Below are positions 34,352-46,685 of a stretch of DNA of 64,000 nt, in pieces. Source of the stretch: an uncultured bacterium. Lineage in GTDB: Bacteria; Verrucomicrobiota; Kiritimatiellia; RFP12; UBA1067. Every line of letters starts with the position of its first letter. The stretch's first letter is position 1. The DNA is taken from assembly GCA_902770045.1 (NCBI GenBank), contig CACXRO010000014.1, forward strand, positions 27,516 through 91,515, in the 5' to 3' direction. The notes beneath the pieces are model-generated. The model made no database searches and had not been told where the DNA came from. It worked only from the letters and a program-made list of their open reading frames with translations. The position numbers were made by a program, and so were the translations under genes.

Positions 34352-35365
34352 TCAGACCAGCCCCCGCTTGACGAGGTGTTCGGCGATCTCCACCGCGTTG
34401 AGCGCGGCGCCCCTGAGGAGCTGGTCGCCGGAGACGAACATCTCGAGCCCGCGGCGGTCGTCGCGGGAGATGTCCTGGCGGATGCGGCCGGCGAGCACGT
34501 CGTACTTCGCCGTCGCGTCGAGCGGCATCGGGTAGCCGCCGTTGAGCGGGTCGTCGACGACCTTCACCCCCTCGGCGCCCTTCAGTATCTCGCGCGCCTC
34601 CTCGGGCGTGATCTCGTTCTCGAACTCGAGGTTGAGCGACTCGGAGTGGGCGCGGGCGATCGGCACGCGCACGCAGGTGCAGCTGAGCTTCAGGTCCGGG
34701 AGGTGCAGCATCTTCCGCGCCTCGTTGCGCATCTTGAGCTCCTCGAACGTGTACCAGTTGGTCTCGTCGAACTTGTCGATGTGCGGGATGAGGTTGTACA
34801 TCAGCTGGTGCTGGAACGCCTTGACCGTCAGCGGACGGCCCTCGGCGTACTCGTGGACCTGCCCCTCCAGCTCCGCGAGGCCGGGCGCGCCGGCGCCTGA
34901 CGCCGCCTGGTAGGTCGCCGCGACAAGGCGCTTCAGGCCCTTCGCCCGGTGGAGCGGGGCGACCGCCTCGAGCATGATCGCGGTGGTGCAGTTGGGGTTG
35001 GCGATGACGCCCTTGTTCCAGTCGAGGTCCTCGGCGTTCACCTGCGGCACCACGAGCGGGACCTCCGGGTCCTGCCGGAACGCGCGGGAGTTGTCAATCA
35101 TCTTCGCGCCGGCCTTCACCACCGCGTCCTTCAGCTGGACCGCGACGTCGGTCTTGCCGGCGAAGAGCACGATGTCGAAGCCCTCGAAGCTCCGCTCGGT
35201 GGCCTGGAGCACGTGGTACTTCTCGCCGAGGATCTCCTCGTCGCGCTCGCGCGACGCGAAGACCTGGACCTGTCCCCTCACGGGGAACTTGCGGTCCCTG
35301 AGGACCTTTATCATCTCGGTGCCGACGGCGCCTACGCCGACCAGCCCCACTCTGTAGTCTTTCAT
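34352..35365 (-). CDS. asd: aspartate-semialdehyde dehydrogenase
   Basis: MKDYRVGLVGVGAVGTEM... and ...IANPNCTTAIM... (active-site Cys) are present. Confidence 0.85.
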   Translation of the reverse strand: MKDYRVGLVGVGAVGTEMIKVLRDRKFPVRGQVQVFASRERDEEILGEKYHVLQATERSFEGFDIVLFAGKTDVAVQLKDAVVKAGAKMIDNSRAFRQDPEVPLVVPQVNAEDLDWNKGVIANPNCTTAIMLEAVAPLHRAKGLKRLVAATYQAASGAGAPGLAELEGQVHEYAEGRPLTVKAFQHQLMYNLIPHIDKFDETNWYTFEELKMRNEARKMLHLPDLKLSCTCVRVPIARAHSESLNLEFENEITPEEAREILKGAEGVKVVDDPLNGGYPMPLDATAKYDVLAGRIRQDISRDDRRGLEMFVSGDQLLRGAALNAVEIAEHLVKRGLV

Positions 35366-35394
35366 CTGTCTGCCAACCTTTCGATAACTGGCGT

Positions 35395-35403
35395 ATTATA
35401 CCA
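35395..35403 (-). promoter_or_regulatory. extended -10 TGGTATAAT upstream of asd (29-nt leader with GAAAGG)
   Basis: Minus strand reads ggatttttGGTATAATACgcc. The element starts 12 nt after the lptF/G stop codon. Confidence 0.55.
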
Positions 35404-35411
35404 AAAATCCG

Positions 35412-36509
35412 CTAACGGTGGCGAACGAAGAGCCTCGCCCCGAGGAGGAAAAACACGACGTGCGGCGCGACCGCCGCCGGAATCGGCGGCAGCCAGGCGT
35501 TCTTCGCCGCCACCATGCAGCCGACGTCGAGCCCGTAGAACGCGAAGTACATCCCCAGCGCCCCTAGGACGCCGCGGAAGACGCTCTGCCGCCCCGAGGC
35601 GATGCCGGCCGGGATGGCGAAGAGGGTAATGACGATGCAGGCGAACGGCGCCATGATCTGCGCCCAGGTGTCGTAGAGGAGGTCGGCGCGGCGCTCGGGG
35701 GTGAGCTCCGGGTGGGTGCGGAGGTAGCGGAAGCGGTCGCGCACCGAGTTGTACTGCCACTTGCGGTTCTGGACGAGGAAGTCCTCCGGCAGCTCGTCGA
35801 ACTCGGCGAAGCACCGCAGGGGAAGCGCGTCCAGCTCCGGCGTAGCGGTGGCCACCTCGCGCCCGAGCGAGTCGAAGTGCTGCACGCGCGGGGAGACGAA
35901 CCACCACTCGCCGTCGAGGTATGACGCCTCGGGGGCGGTCACCGTGAGGCTCCGCGCCCCGCCTGGGCCGTCGACCGTCACCTTGACGTTGCCGAGCCGC
36001 GTGCAGTCGGGCGAGCGGATCTCGTCCACGTTCCACGTCCGCCCCGCCGCGGCGTTGCGCAGCACCAGGTTGTCCGCCTTGGCGATCGTCGCGGACTCGA
36101 ACTTGGCGGTCTTGAGCTGGGCAGCCCACTGCGACCACCGCGGCATGAAGCACTCGTCCACCCAGGCCACGACGACCGCCATCGCCGCCGCCGCGAAGAG
36201 GAGCGGACGGACTATCGTGAGGAACCCGATGCCGCTCGCGCGCATCGCCACGATCTCGGAATGGCGGCAGAACACCCACATCGTGTAGAGCGTCGCCAGC
36301 ATCAGCGCCGCCGGCGCGAGGTAGTGGAAGTACGGAGCCAGGTACCCGCAGAAGTAGAGCGCCGCGTCGCCGACGGGGAGGTGCGCCTCGAGCATCCGCG
36401 AAAACGAGCCGAAGAGGTCGAAGAGGACGTAGATCGAGACGAAGCCGACGAGGCAGTAGAAGAGCGGGGAGAGGAACTCCCTGAAGACGTATCTCGACAG
36501 AATCCCCAT
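35412..36509 (-). CDS. LptF/LptG-family (YjgP/YjgQ) LPS export permease
   Basis: The N-terminus MGILSRYVFREFLSPLFYCLVGF is typical of the family. It has 6 TM segments and a periplasmic beta-jellyroll insert. Confidence 0.75.
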   Translation of the reverse strand: MGILSRYVFREFLSPLFYCLVGFVSIYVLFDLFGSFSRMLEAHLPVGDAALYFCGYLAPYFHYLAPAALMLATLYTMWVFCRHSEIVAMRASGIGFLTIVRPLLFAAAAMAVVVAWVDECFMPRWSQWAAQLKTAKFESATIAKADNLVLRNAAAGRTWNVDEIRSPDCTRLGNVKVTVDGPGGARSLTVTAPEASYLDGEWWFVSPRVQHFDSLGREVATATPELDALPLRCFAEFDELPEDFLVQNRKWQYNSVRDRFRYLRTHPELTPERRADLLYDTWAQIMAPFACIVITLFAIPAGIASGRQSVFRGVLGALGMYFAFYGLDVGCMVAAKNAWLPPIPAAVAPHVVFFLLGARLFVRHR

Positions 36510-36515
36510 CTGCTG

Positions 36516-36529
36516 CCCCGCCCCCCCCC
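36516..36529. repeat. C4-G-C9 tract (sense strand G9-C-G4) between the carB stop and the lptF/G start
   Basis: Plus strand reads ccccgccccccccc at 36516-36529. The carB stop is at 36531-36533 and the lptF/G ATG at 36509. Confidence 0.95.
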
Positions 36530-36530
36530 G

Positions 36531-39761
<3,231 letters not shown>

Positions 39762-39805
39762 TTGTCCGCCCAGCCTTTCATTTGGAATGTCGAAATCGGG
39801 TGTGT

Positions 39806-39814
39806 ATTATACCA
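39806..39814 (-). promoter_or_regulatory. extended -10 TGGTATAAT upstream of carB (44-nt leader with GAAAGG)
   Basis: Minus strand reads ggaaataTGGTATAATACacacc. Confidence 0.55.
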
Positions 39815-39824
39815 TATTTCCCCA

Positions 39825-39887
39825 CTGGCTGCTGACCACTGGTTGTTGGCTACTGGCTGCTGGTTACTGGTTGCTGGCTGCTGGTTA
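39825..39887. repeat. heptanucleotide tandem array, 9 units of CTGGYTR (minus-sense CAGCCAG/TAACCAG)
   Basis: Units are ctggctg ctgacca ctggttg ttggcta ctggctg ctggtta ctggttg ctggctg ctggtta. Confidence 0.9.
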
Positions 39888-39909
39888 CTTGCACACTTCC
39901 GGGCTCGTG

Positions 39910-40824
39910 CTACGCCGGCACCCTGACATCCACGATGTTCCCGGCGCCGACGAGCGCCATCACCAGCCGGTCGACGCCGAGCGCGGCGCCGGCGGCGCGG
40001 CCGATCGCTGGAAGCGAGCAAAGGAACTCCTCGTCGAGCGGGTAGTCCTCCTCGCCCAGTTCGCGGCGGCGCGCGCGGGCATGCTCAAAGCGGCGGCGCT
40101 GCTCGGCGGCGTCGCAGAGCTCGGAGAAGCAGTTCGCGAGCTCAATGCCGTCCCAGTAGAACTCCCAACGCTCGGCGTAAGGCTCCCCTTCGCCGGAAAC
40201 AAGCGCAAGCGACGCCGCCGCAGGCGGATAGTCGGTCAGGAACACGCCGCCGCCCATCGCCTTGATCGCCGGCTCCACCTTCCCAGCCATGTCGAAGTCG
40301 AAGCGGTCCTGGTCCCATTCGCCGCTCCAGGGGTCCCAGCCGGCGAAGCGCCGGTAGGCGTCGCGCACGGCGAGGACCTCCGCGGACGAGTCCATGCGCC
40401 GCAGGCCCGGCGCGGCGTCCGAAACCGCCGCAAGCAGCTCCGCAAGGTCGTCGCGAAGCTCAAGGTAGCCGGCGCCGCGGCGGTACCACTCGAGCATCGT
40501 GAACTCGGGGTTGTGCCGCGACCCACGCTCGCCTTCGCGGAAGCACGGCCCGATCTGGTAGATGCGCTCCATTCCCGCGGCGAGGAGCTTCTTCATCTGC
40601 AGCTCCGGCGAGGCGCGCAGGTAGGAGGTCGCGCGGTCGCCGACGACGCCTGGCGCGGACGGCGGCGGCACCACCGGGCAGTCGATGTGCTCCTCCGGCG
40701 CCGGCGCGGCGATGCGCACCGCCGTCTCCACCTCGACGAAGCCACGGTTGTCGAAGAACGCGCGCACTGCGGCAACGATGCGCGCACGCATTTCGAGAAG
40801 CGGGATTCGCTCCGCCGCGGTCAT
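39910..40824 (-). CDS. epmA: EF-P lysine aminoacylase (GenX/PoxA, class II LysRS paralogue)
   Basis: Contains ...FFDNRGFVEVETAV...YLRASPELQMKKLLAAGMERIYQIGPCFREGERGSRHNPEFTMLEWY... Confidence 0.8.
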   Translation of the reverse strand: MTAAERIPLLEMRARIVAAVRAFFDNRGFVEVETAVRIAAPAPEEHIDCPVVPPPSAPGVVGDRATSYLRASPELQMKKLLAAGMERIYQIGPCFREGERGSRHNPEFTMLEWYRRGAGYLELRDDLAELLAAVSDAAPGLRRMDSSAEVLAVRDAYRRFAGWDPWSGEWDQDRFDFDMAGKVEPAIKAMGGGVFLTDYPPAAASLALVSGEGEPYAERWEFYWDGIELANCFSELCDAAEQRRRFEHARARRRELGEEDYPLDEEFLCSLPAIGRAAGAALGVDRLVMALVGAGNIVDVRVPA

Positions 40825-42041
40825 GCGAACCTTTCGAGGTGCTTCGAGAGAATCGGGGCGAGCCGCGTCTCAAGCCAGGGCGTCACCTGCCAGAAGTCCC
40901 TGAGCGCGAGGTACTCGCCAACCGCCGCGGCCTGTCCGCTCTTCACCCCCGACTCGCAGCGGAGCATGATGTTGCGCGCGGTCGCGTCCGGCGAGACGAA
41001 CTCCACCACCTGGACGCGGTAGCCGAGGATGCGCATGATCATCGCGCGGAAGGAGTCGGTGAGAATGTCGCAGAGCCGCTCGCGGAGGATCGACTGGCGG
41101 AGCAGCCCCGCGAAGGCGTCGCCGCCGGCGGAGCGCCCGTGCCCGAGCGCCTTCTGGAGCTCGTGCTGGCAGCAGGGCGCGCTCAAGACGTACTTCGTCT
41201 TCCACTCCACCGCCTTGGCAAGCGCCTCGTCCGTCGCGGTGTCGCAGGCATGGAGCGAGACCACCATGTCCGCAGCGCCGCCCGGAGGCGTAAACGCGGC
41301 GATGTCCGCCTCCTCGAAGGACACGCGCCCGCCGAGGTCGAGCTGCGCGGCCATGCGGCGGGCCGACTCGACCACGTCGCCCCGCCTGTCCACCCCGACC
41401 ACCTTTGCCGTGGGAATCTTCATCACCTCGACGAGATAGCAGGCGAGCGCGAGCGTGAGGTACGCCTTGCCGCAGCCGCAGTCGACCACGGTGAAGCTCC
41501 CCTGCCCATCGTGGCGCACTGTCTCGCCGACCATCCGCAGAAACTCGTTGACCTGGTCGTACTTGCCGCGCATCGACGCGCGCACCTTGCCCGACCCGTC
41601 GGCGATGCCGGTCGCCCGGAGGAGCGCGGCGGAATCGAAGGCCGAAAGCGGCAGGCGCTTGACGCGGTCGTGCGGCAGCACCACCACCTCGCGGTCCATC
41701 TCGGCGGAGCGCGAGACGACCACCCGCCCCTTGCGCGTCACCCTGACGTGGAGGTCGCCCCTGCCGGTCATCAAATGCAGTTCGCGCGCGCCCTTCTGGG
41801 CGAGGATCTCCTCCAGCCCCGCGGCCGCCGCGTCGGCATCGAGGTTCTTCACCTGCACCTGGCCGTCGTCGGTCATCTCCGCCTGGAACCGGCGCTCGCC
41901 GCCGATCTCCACCGGTCGCATCGCGATCCGGAAGACCGCGCCGCCGCGGCGGACGGACTGGACGATCTTCATGAAACCGTCGCCCAGGACCCGCGACCGG
42001 ATCTCGTCCTTCAGTTTCGGCTCGAGCTCGAACTTCTCCAT
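40821..42041 (-). CDS. class I SAM-dependent methyltransferase
   Basis: The true start is MEKFELEPK (ATG 42041). Motif I is VVDCGCGKAYLTLAL. The track ORF to 42206 is an extension. Confidence 0.6.
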   Translation of the reverse strand: MEKFELEPKLKDEIRSRVLGDGFMKIVQSVRRGGAVFRIAMRPVEIGGERRFQAEMTDDGQVQVKNLDADAAAAGLEEILAQKGARELHLMTGRGDLHVRVTRKGRVVVSRSAEMDREVVVLPHDRVKRLPLSAFDSAALLRATGIADGSGKVRASMRGKYDQVNEFLRMVGETVRHDGQGSFTVVDCGCGKAYLTLALACYLVEVMKIPTAKVVGVDRRGDVVESARRMAAQLDLGGRVSFEEADIAAFTPPGGAADMVVSLHACDTATDEALAKAVEWKTKYVLSAPCCQHELQKALGHGRSAGGDAFAGLLRQSILRERLCDILTDSFRAMIMRILGYRVQVVEFVSPDATARNIMLRCESGVKSGQAAAVGEYLALRDFWQVTPWLETRLAPILSKHLERFA

Positions 42042-42051
42042 CTCCGCGCCA

Positions 42052-45000
42052 TCACTCGGCGTTGACGAAGTCGAGCACCTGGCGGCGCACCCGCCACCAT
42101 TCGGCCTTGCCGTCCAGCGCCTTCTTGAGGTCAAACGCCGCGGCGGCCTTGGCGAAGCCGGCCGCGTCGGACCCGCGCAGGATCCGCGCCTTCTCCGCGG
42201 CGACAATGCCGTTCCTCAGCTCGAGGAAGCGCCAGCTCGGCACTCCGCCGGGATATGCGAGAAAGGTGTCGCCAGCGCGCCAGTCGCCGTAGCCGGCGTC
42301 GGCGAGCGGATCCTCCGGCCAGCTGTTCCACGCCCAGCGCAGGAAACCGTCCATTCCTGCAAACGCCGGGTACGCACCGAGCCAGAACGGCTCCTCGCCG
42401 GCGGACTCCATGAAAGTGTTCGGCTTGACCGGCCAGCAGCAGACGTAGTATGTGGTCTTGAAACCTTTTTCGCGGCGACCGTCGCACTCAGAAAGGAACT
42501 CGGGCGTCACATGGGAGAGTATCTGCGAATAGACGTCGATGTCGATGCCCTTGAAGTCGCTCGGCTTGCGGTTGCCGGCCATCGCGATGCGCAGACCCGG
42601 GGCGTGGCGGTGGACGAAGTCGACCACCGCCTTCACCTGGTCAGGCTCGCGCTCGTCCATCGCGATGATCGTGTCGTCGTACCACCCCTTCTCCTTCAGG
42701 TGCGCGGCGAAGCGCTGGATGAACGGAGCCCAGCGCGCCTCGAACTCGGGCGTGCCCGGTTTCTCCCTGAGCTTCCAGGGACAGAGCGTGTAGCAGGAGA
42801 TGTCCGGCCCCAGCCCGCAGGAGCGGCCGAACTCTACGTACTCGTCGAAGAGCGCGAAGCCGCCCTCGACCATCGAATGGTAGGCGTCGCGGCACTGGTG
42901 GTCCCACGGCTCGTCGAGGAGGGTCACGGTAAGCGTCTTCTGCCCCGCCGTCGCCAGCAGCTCCCAGACCGGCCGCATCGCCTCGTAGTGCTCCTTCGAG
43001 AACGGCCTGACGCCCGCGATGCGCGCGACCGCCCACGGATGCTGCCAGAGGTCGAGGTAGTACTTCCACTCCTTCGGCGGCGGCAGCACGCGGTCGAGAA
43101 CCTTCACCTCCATCATCCCGCAGCGGTAGACGCCCGGCTTCGCGTCCGCCGGCACCGTCACCTCGACCACCCTCGGCCCCGCGCCTTCGCCACCCCACTC
43201 CACGCAGTCATACGCCTCGCGGAGCTGCAGCGAGCCCGGCTCGGCGGCGTACTTGACTGGGTGCATCACGCCGACCTTCACCGCCAGCGGCGCGGGCGCG
43301 ACGCCAAGCTCGCAGGAGTCCGGCAGGCGCGCGGCGACGGTCTCGCCGCGCCACGCCCGGAGCTCGAAGGTGCGGGCGGAGGCTCCCAGCGCGAGCGACG
43401 CGAGCGCAAGCGCGAGCACGACGGCGCCGTGGCGGCGCATCTGCCGCGTCGACGGCGGGTCGATCACCTCCACCGCGGGCGCGGCCGCCGCGCGCTCCTT
43501 CGCCGTCTGGCGACGGATGATCCACATCTGCACGATCGAGAAGAGGTTGGAGAGGAACCAGTAGAGCGAGAGCGCCGATGGGAACGAATAGAACATGACG
43601 AGCATCATCAGCGGCATGAACACCATCATCATCCGCTGCTGGTTCTTGTCGCCGGTAGAGGGCGTGAACGCGCTCTGGAGGCCGGTCGAGACCGCCATCA
43701 GGATCGGCAGGAGGTTGAGGCCGCCGAACGGGAACCAGCTCGCGAAGAGCCCTTCCGGCTCGGAGAGGTCGGCAATCCAGAGGAACGGCGCGTAGCGGAG
43801 CTCGACCGCGGACCTGAGCACGTTGAAGAGCGCGATGAAGACGGGGATCTGGATCAGCATCGGCAGGCACGAGCTCGCCGGATTCACCTTCTCGGCGCGG
43901 TAGAGCGCCCAGGTCTCCTGCTGCATGCGCTGCGGGTTGTCCTTGTACTTCGCCTGGATCTCCTTCATCTTCGGCTGCAGCTCCTGCATCTTCTTCATGC
44001 CCACCGTCGACTTGTGGGTGAGCGGCCAGAAGAGGAGCCGCACGAGGATCGTCAAGAGGATGATCGCGACGCCGTAGTTGGGAATCCAGCCGTAGAAGAG
44101 GTTGAGCACCCAGACGAGCGGATAGCAGATCCACCGCCACATGCCGAACTCCATCACGTCCTTCATCCCGAGGTCCCAAAGGAGCGACTGCTTCTTGGGG
44201 CCGACGTAGAAGACGCTCGTGCGCTTCGCCGCGGCGTCGGCGAGCATGACGCTGGCGGAGACGGACGCCGGGCGGTAGCTGGCGGAGCCGATGTCGCGCG
44301 AGACCGTCGCGTCGAAGCCGGCGTTGGCCGCGGTCGACGAGCAGAACGCGGTCACGAAGAAGCGGTTCTTGACCGCCACCCACTGCTGCGCCCCGGGATA
44401 CTTCACCGAAGTCTCCGCGGGCATCCCCGCCGCGCTCTTGGAGCCGCTGCAGCCGCCGGAAAGGCCGCCGACGAGATAGCCCTTGAGCGGGGAGTCGCCC
44501 TCGCAGTGGTGGACGACTCCAGGCTTGCCCTTGCCGGCGTCCATCGCACAGCTGTCGACGGAGAGGAGGTCGTTCTTCGAGTCGCCCATGCGCATCTGCC
44601 CGAGCGAAACCGCCCCGCCGATCCCGTCGTCGTCGAGGGTGATGCGGTAGTCCGCGCCGAGGCGGATGGTGCGGGACTTCGCGCCGTTGACGAAGCGGAC
44701 GGAATCGGCGCCCTCCTCCGCGACTTCGAACGCCTCGACCACCGCGCCGGCGCCGAGCGGCGAATCCGAGAAGTCAAAGACGACCGGCGGGTTCTCGTCG
44801 GAGATTTCGCCGCGGTCCTTCGCGTACTTCTTCAAGGTCGCCTTCTTGACGACCGCGCCCCAGCTGGAAAGCTCGAGCTTAAGCTCCTCGTTCTCGAGGA
44901 CGACGACCTTCTCCGGAACCGACGGCTTCGCCGGCGCGGACTCGACCACCGCAGGCGACTTCGTGGCTTCGCCGGCTGCGGGCTCCGTCCGCGCGGCCTC

Positions 45001-45153
45001 GGCCTGCGCCGCGGCGTTCGTCGCGACGGCGACCGCGGCGGGATGCTCCGCCGCGTATTTCGCGCGCTCCTTGGCGCGGCCGAACTCGCCCCACACGTAC
45101 CACGCGAGAGCCGCGCCCAGCAGCAGACAGATTATCTTTTCGCTCTTGTTCAT
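42052..45153 (-). CDS. yidC: YidC membrane insertase fused in frame to a DUF4091/GH123-like domain that has its own signal-peptide-like segment
   Basis: The start MNKSEKIICLLLG is ATG 45153, with GGAGGaactgaag upstream. The YidC core reads ...NYGVAIILLTILVRLLFWPL...PMLIQIPVFIALF.... Then comes ...IRRQTAKERAAAAPAVEVIDPPSTRQ-MRRHGAVVLALALASLALGASA (internal ATG 43440) with no stop codon. The 462-aa C-terminal part contains ...YYLDLWQHPWAVARIAG... Confidence 0.7.
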   Translation of the reverse strand: MNKSEKIICLLLGAALAWYVWGEFGRAKERAKYAAEHPAAVAVATNAAAQAEAARTEPAAGEATKSPAVVESAPAKPSVPEKVVVLENEELKLELSSWGAVVKKATLKKYAKDRGEISDENPPVVFDFSDSPLGAGAVVEAFEVAEEGADSVRFVNGAKSRTIRLGADYRITLDDDGIGGAVSLGQMRMGDSKNDLLSVDSCAMDAGKGKPGVVHHCEGDSPLKGYLVGGLSGGCSGSKSAAGMPAETSVKYPGAQQWVAVKNRFFVTAFCSSTAANAGFDATVSRDIGSASYRPASVSASVMLADAAAKRTSVFYVGPKKQSLLWDLGMKDVMEFGMWRWICYPLVWVLNLFYGWIPNYGVAIILLTILVRLLFWPLTHKSTVGMKKMQELQPKMKEIQAKYKDNPQRMQQETWALYRAEKVNPASSCLPMLIQIPVFIALFNVLRSAVELRYAPFLWIADLSEPEGLFASWFPFGGLNLLPILMAVSTGLQSAFTPSTGDKNQQRMMMVFMPLMMLVMFYSFPSALSLYWFLSNLFSIVQMWIIRRQTAKERAAAAPAVEVIDPPSTRQMRRHGAVVLALALASLALGASARTFELRAWRGETVAARLPDSCELGVAPAPLAVKVGVMHPVKYAAEPGSLQLREAYDCVEWGGEGAGPRVVEVTVPADAKPGVYRCGMMEVKVLDRVLPPPKEWKYYLDLWQHPWAVARIAGVRPFSKEHYEAMRPVWELLATAGQKTLTVTLLDEPWDHQCRDAYHSMVEGGFALFDEYVEFGRSCGLGPDISCYTLCPWKLREKPGTPEFEARWAPFIQRFAAHLKEKGWYDDTIIAMDEREPDQVKAVVDFVHRHAPGLRIAMAGNRKPSDFKGIDIDVYSQILSHVTPEFLSECDGRREKGFKTTYYVCCWPVKPNTFMESAGEEPFWLGAYPAFAGMDGFLRWAWNSWPEDPLADAGYGDWRAGDTFLAYPGGVPSWRFLELRNGIVAAEKARILRGSDAAGFAKAAAAFDLKKALDGKAEWWRVRRQVLDFVNAE

Positions 45154-45155
45154 CT

Positions 45156-45389
45156 TCAGTTCCTCCAACGTCCCTTCGGCGGCACCGGGTCGGGGCCCTT
45201 CGCCCCGAACGGATGGCACCTCAAAATCCTCCAGAGCCCCAGCAGCGTCCCCTTCGCCGCGCCGTGCACCTGCAGCGCCTCGAGCATGTAGTTCGAGCAG
45301 CTGGGCGTGAACCGGCAGCAGTCGCCGAAGAGCGGACTAAGCGTCACCTGGTACGCCCTCACAAAAAGCTGCAATGTCCTGGACAACAT
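45156..45389 (-). CDS. yidD: membrane protein insertion efficiency factor YidD
   Basis: Contains ...AYQVTLSPLFGDCCRFTPSCSNYMLEALQVHG. Confidence 0.85.
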   Translation of the reverse strand: MLSRTLQLFVRAYQVTLSPLFGDCCRFTPSCSNYMLEALQVHGAAKGTLLGLWRILRCHPFGAKGPDPVPPKGRWRN

Positions 45390-45672
45390 CCTGCACCTTC
45401 TTCCCCGCGATCGCGCGCCTGGCGACGAACACCCACTCGGTGCGCTCCGGCACGCGTCCGTCCTTCGCCAGCAGCCGGAACGCCTCGCGCATCAGCCGCT
45501 TGGCCCGGTTGCGGTCGACCGCGTCGTGGAAGGTCTTCTTGGAAACCACGACGCCGGCCTGGCGGTCGGCGTCGGCTGACTTCAGCCGCCACGCGGCGAG
45601 GAGACGCCCCTTCAAGGAACGCCCCCGGTCGAAGACACGCTTGTACTTCGCGCCGGGGAGCCGCGTGGACAT
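45337..45672 (-). CDS. rnpA: RNase P protein component
   Basis: 111 aa and basic. It sits in the conserved position between rpmH and yidD. Confidence 0.8.
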   Translation of the reverse strand: MSTRLPGAKYKRVFDRGRSLKGRLLAAWRLKSADADRQAGVVVSKKTFHDAVDRNRAKRLMREAFRLLAKDGRVPERTEWVFVARRAIAGKKVQDVVQDIAAFCEGVPGDA

Positions 45673-45685
45673 TGGCCGGGCGGTG

Positions 45686-45823
45686 TCAGACCTGGGTCAG
45701 GCGCTTGCGCCCCTTGGCGCGACGGCGCGCAAGCACCTTGCGCCCGCCCTTCGTCGCCTTACGCGCGCGATAGCCGATTTTCCTCTTCCGCTTGATCTTG
45801 GAAGGCTGCCATGTCATCTTCAT
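45686..45823 (-). CDS. rpmH: 50S ribosomal protein L34
   Basis: Too short for the ORF track. Hand translation gives [45 protein letters not shown]. Confidence 0.9.
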   Translation of the reverse strand: MKMTWQPSKIKRKRKIGYRARKATKGGRKVLARRRAKGRKRLTQV

Positions 45824-45856
45824 TTTCTTGATTCCTTTCAGTTGAAAAGTTTGTGT

Positions 45857-45865
45857 ATTTTACCA
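45857..45865 (-). promoter_or_regulatory. extended -10 TGGTAAAAT upstream of rpmH (33-nt leader with AAAGGAA)
   Basis: Minus strand reads ggtaaataTGGTAAAATACacaa. It overlaps the end of the upstream gene. Confidence 0.5.
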
Positions 45866-45868
45866 TAT

Positions 45869-46681
45869 TTACCCCGCGCCGCGCAAGCGCGGCAGGAGCC
45901 GTGCAAGCCGCGTGTCGGTGGCGATGAACTCCTCCGCCGACATCGCGCGGAAGCGCTCTGGCGTGAAGGAGTTGTGGAGCATGATGAGCCCTGCCGTGCG
46001 CGCGAGGACGTCGTCGACCTCGCCCGGCTCGAACCAGTACTTCTGGTAGGCGGCCACGGCGTCGAGCCCGGTCGCCATCAGCTCCTCCTCCGGCACCGCG
46101 AAGATCGCGTCTTTGTCGATCCAGGCGTAGTCCTTTGGGTCCGCCGTCGCCGCGAGCGGGTCGATGATCGCGTTGACGCAGTAGTTCCAGCGGCGGATGA
46201 GCTTCCACTCGCCGCGGCGGAGGAGACGAAGGAGGAAGTTGGAGCGGAAGCGCTCCGCCTTTGCGACGCGCGGCTTGAGCTCGCGGTGCCAGTCGCAGAG
46301 GAACTTCGCCTCCGGCTTCGTCGCGTTGATGTAGGCGGCGTAGTGGACGAGCCCGCCGTCCTGGCGGCGCGCGACGATGGTGCAGTCCGCCGCCGAAAAC
46401 CTCTCGTCGAGCGGCTTCGTGAGCACCGAGTCGGCGTCCAGCCAGACGCCGCCGTGCTTCTTGAGGACGGCGCAGCGGATGCAGTCGGACTGCATCGCGA
46501 GCGTCATCTTGCGGCAGAGCACCTCGCGCTGCTCCGCCTCGGTCAGCCAGTCGCCGAGCGTCTCGTAGTCGAGGACGGTCGTCTCGTACCCGGGCAGACG
46601 GTCCTTCCACGTCTCCATGCAGAGGCGCACGTACCCCGGCACCCTCTCCTTCGGCTCCCAGAAAGTGAATACCCTTTTCAT
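45869..46681 (-). CDS. capsular-polysaccharide-synthesis-type (GT32-like) glycosyltransferase
   Basis: MKRVFTFWEP...MQSDCIRCAVLKKHGGVWLDADS contains a DxD-like motif. Confidence 0.45.
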   Translation of the reverse strand: MKRVFTFWEPKERVPGYVRLCMETWKDRLPGYETTVLDYETLGDWLTEAEQREVLCRKMTLAMQSDCIRCAVLKKHGGVWLDADSVLTKPLDERFSAADCTIVARRQDGGLVHYAAYINATKPEAKFLCDWHRELKPRVAKAERFRSNFLLRLLRRGEWKLIRRWNYCVNAIIDPLAATADPKDYAWIDKDAIFAVPEEELMATGLDAVAAYQKYWFEPGEVDDVLARTAGLIMLHNSFTPERFRAMSAEEFIATDTRLARLLPRLRGAG

Positions 46682-46685
46682 CTGA

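Noticed and set aside
41455-45291. 1278-aa plus-strand ORF, and similar long plus-strand ORFs at 37398..39926, 18121..20073, 50373..52172, 55215..56954, 57672..59858 and 16328..17728
   Set aside because: These are typical high-GC antisense open frames (stop-poor). Each lies opposite a well-supported minus-strand gene (yidC, carB, the FAD enzyme, hexokinase, pilC, the giant protein, tolB-like). The translations are Arg/Gly/Ala/Asp/His-rich without recognisable domains.
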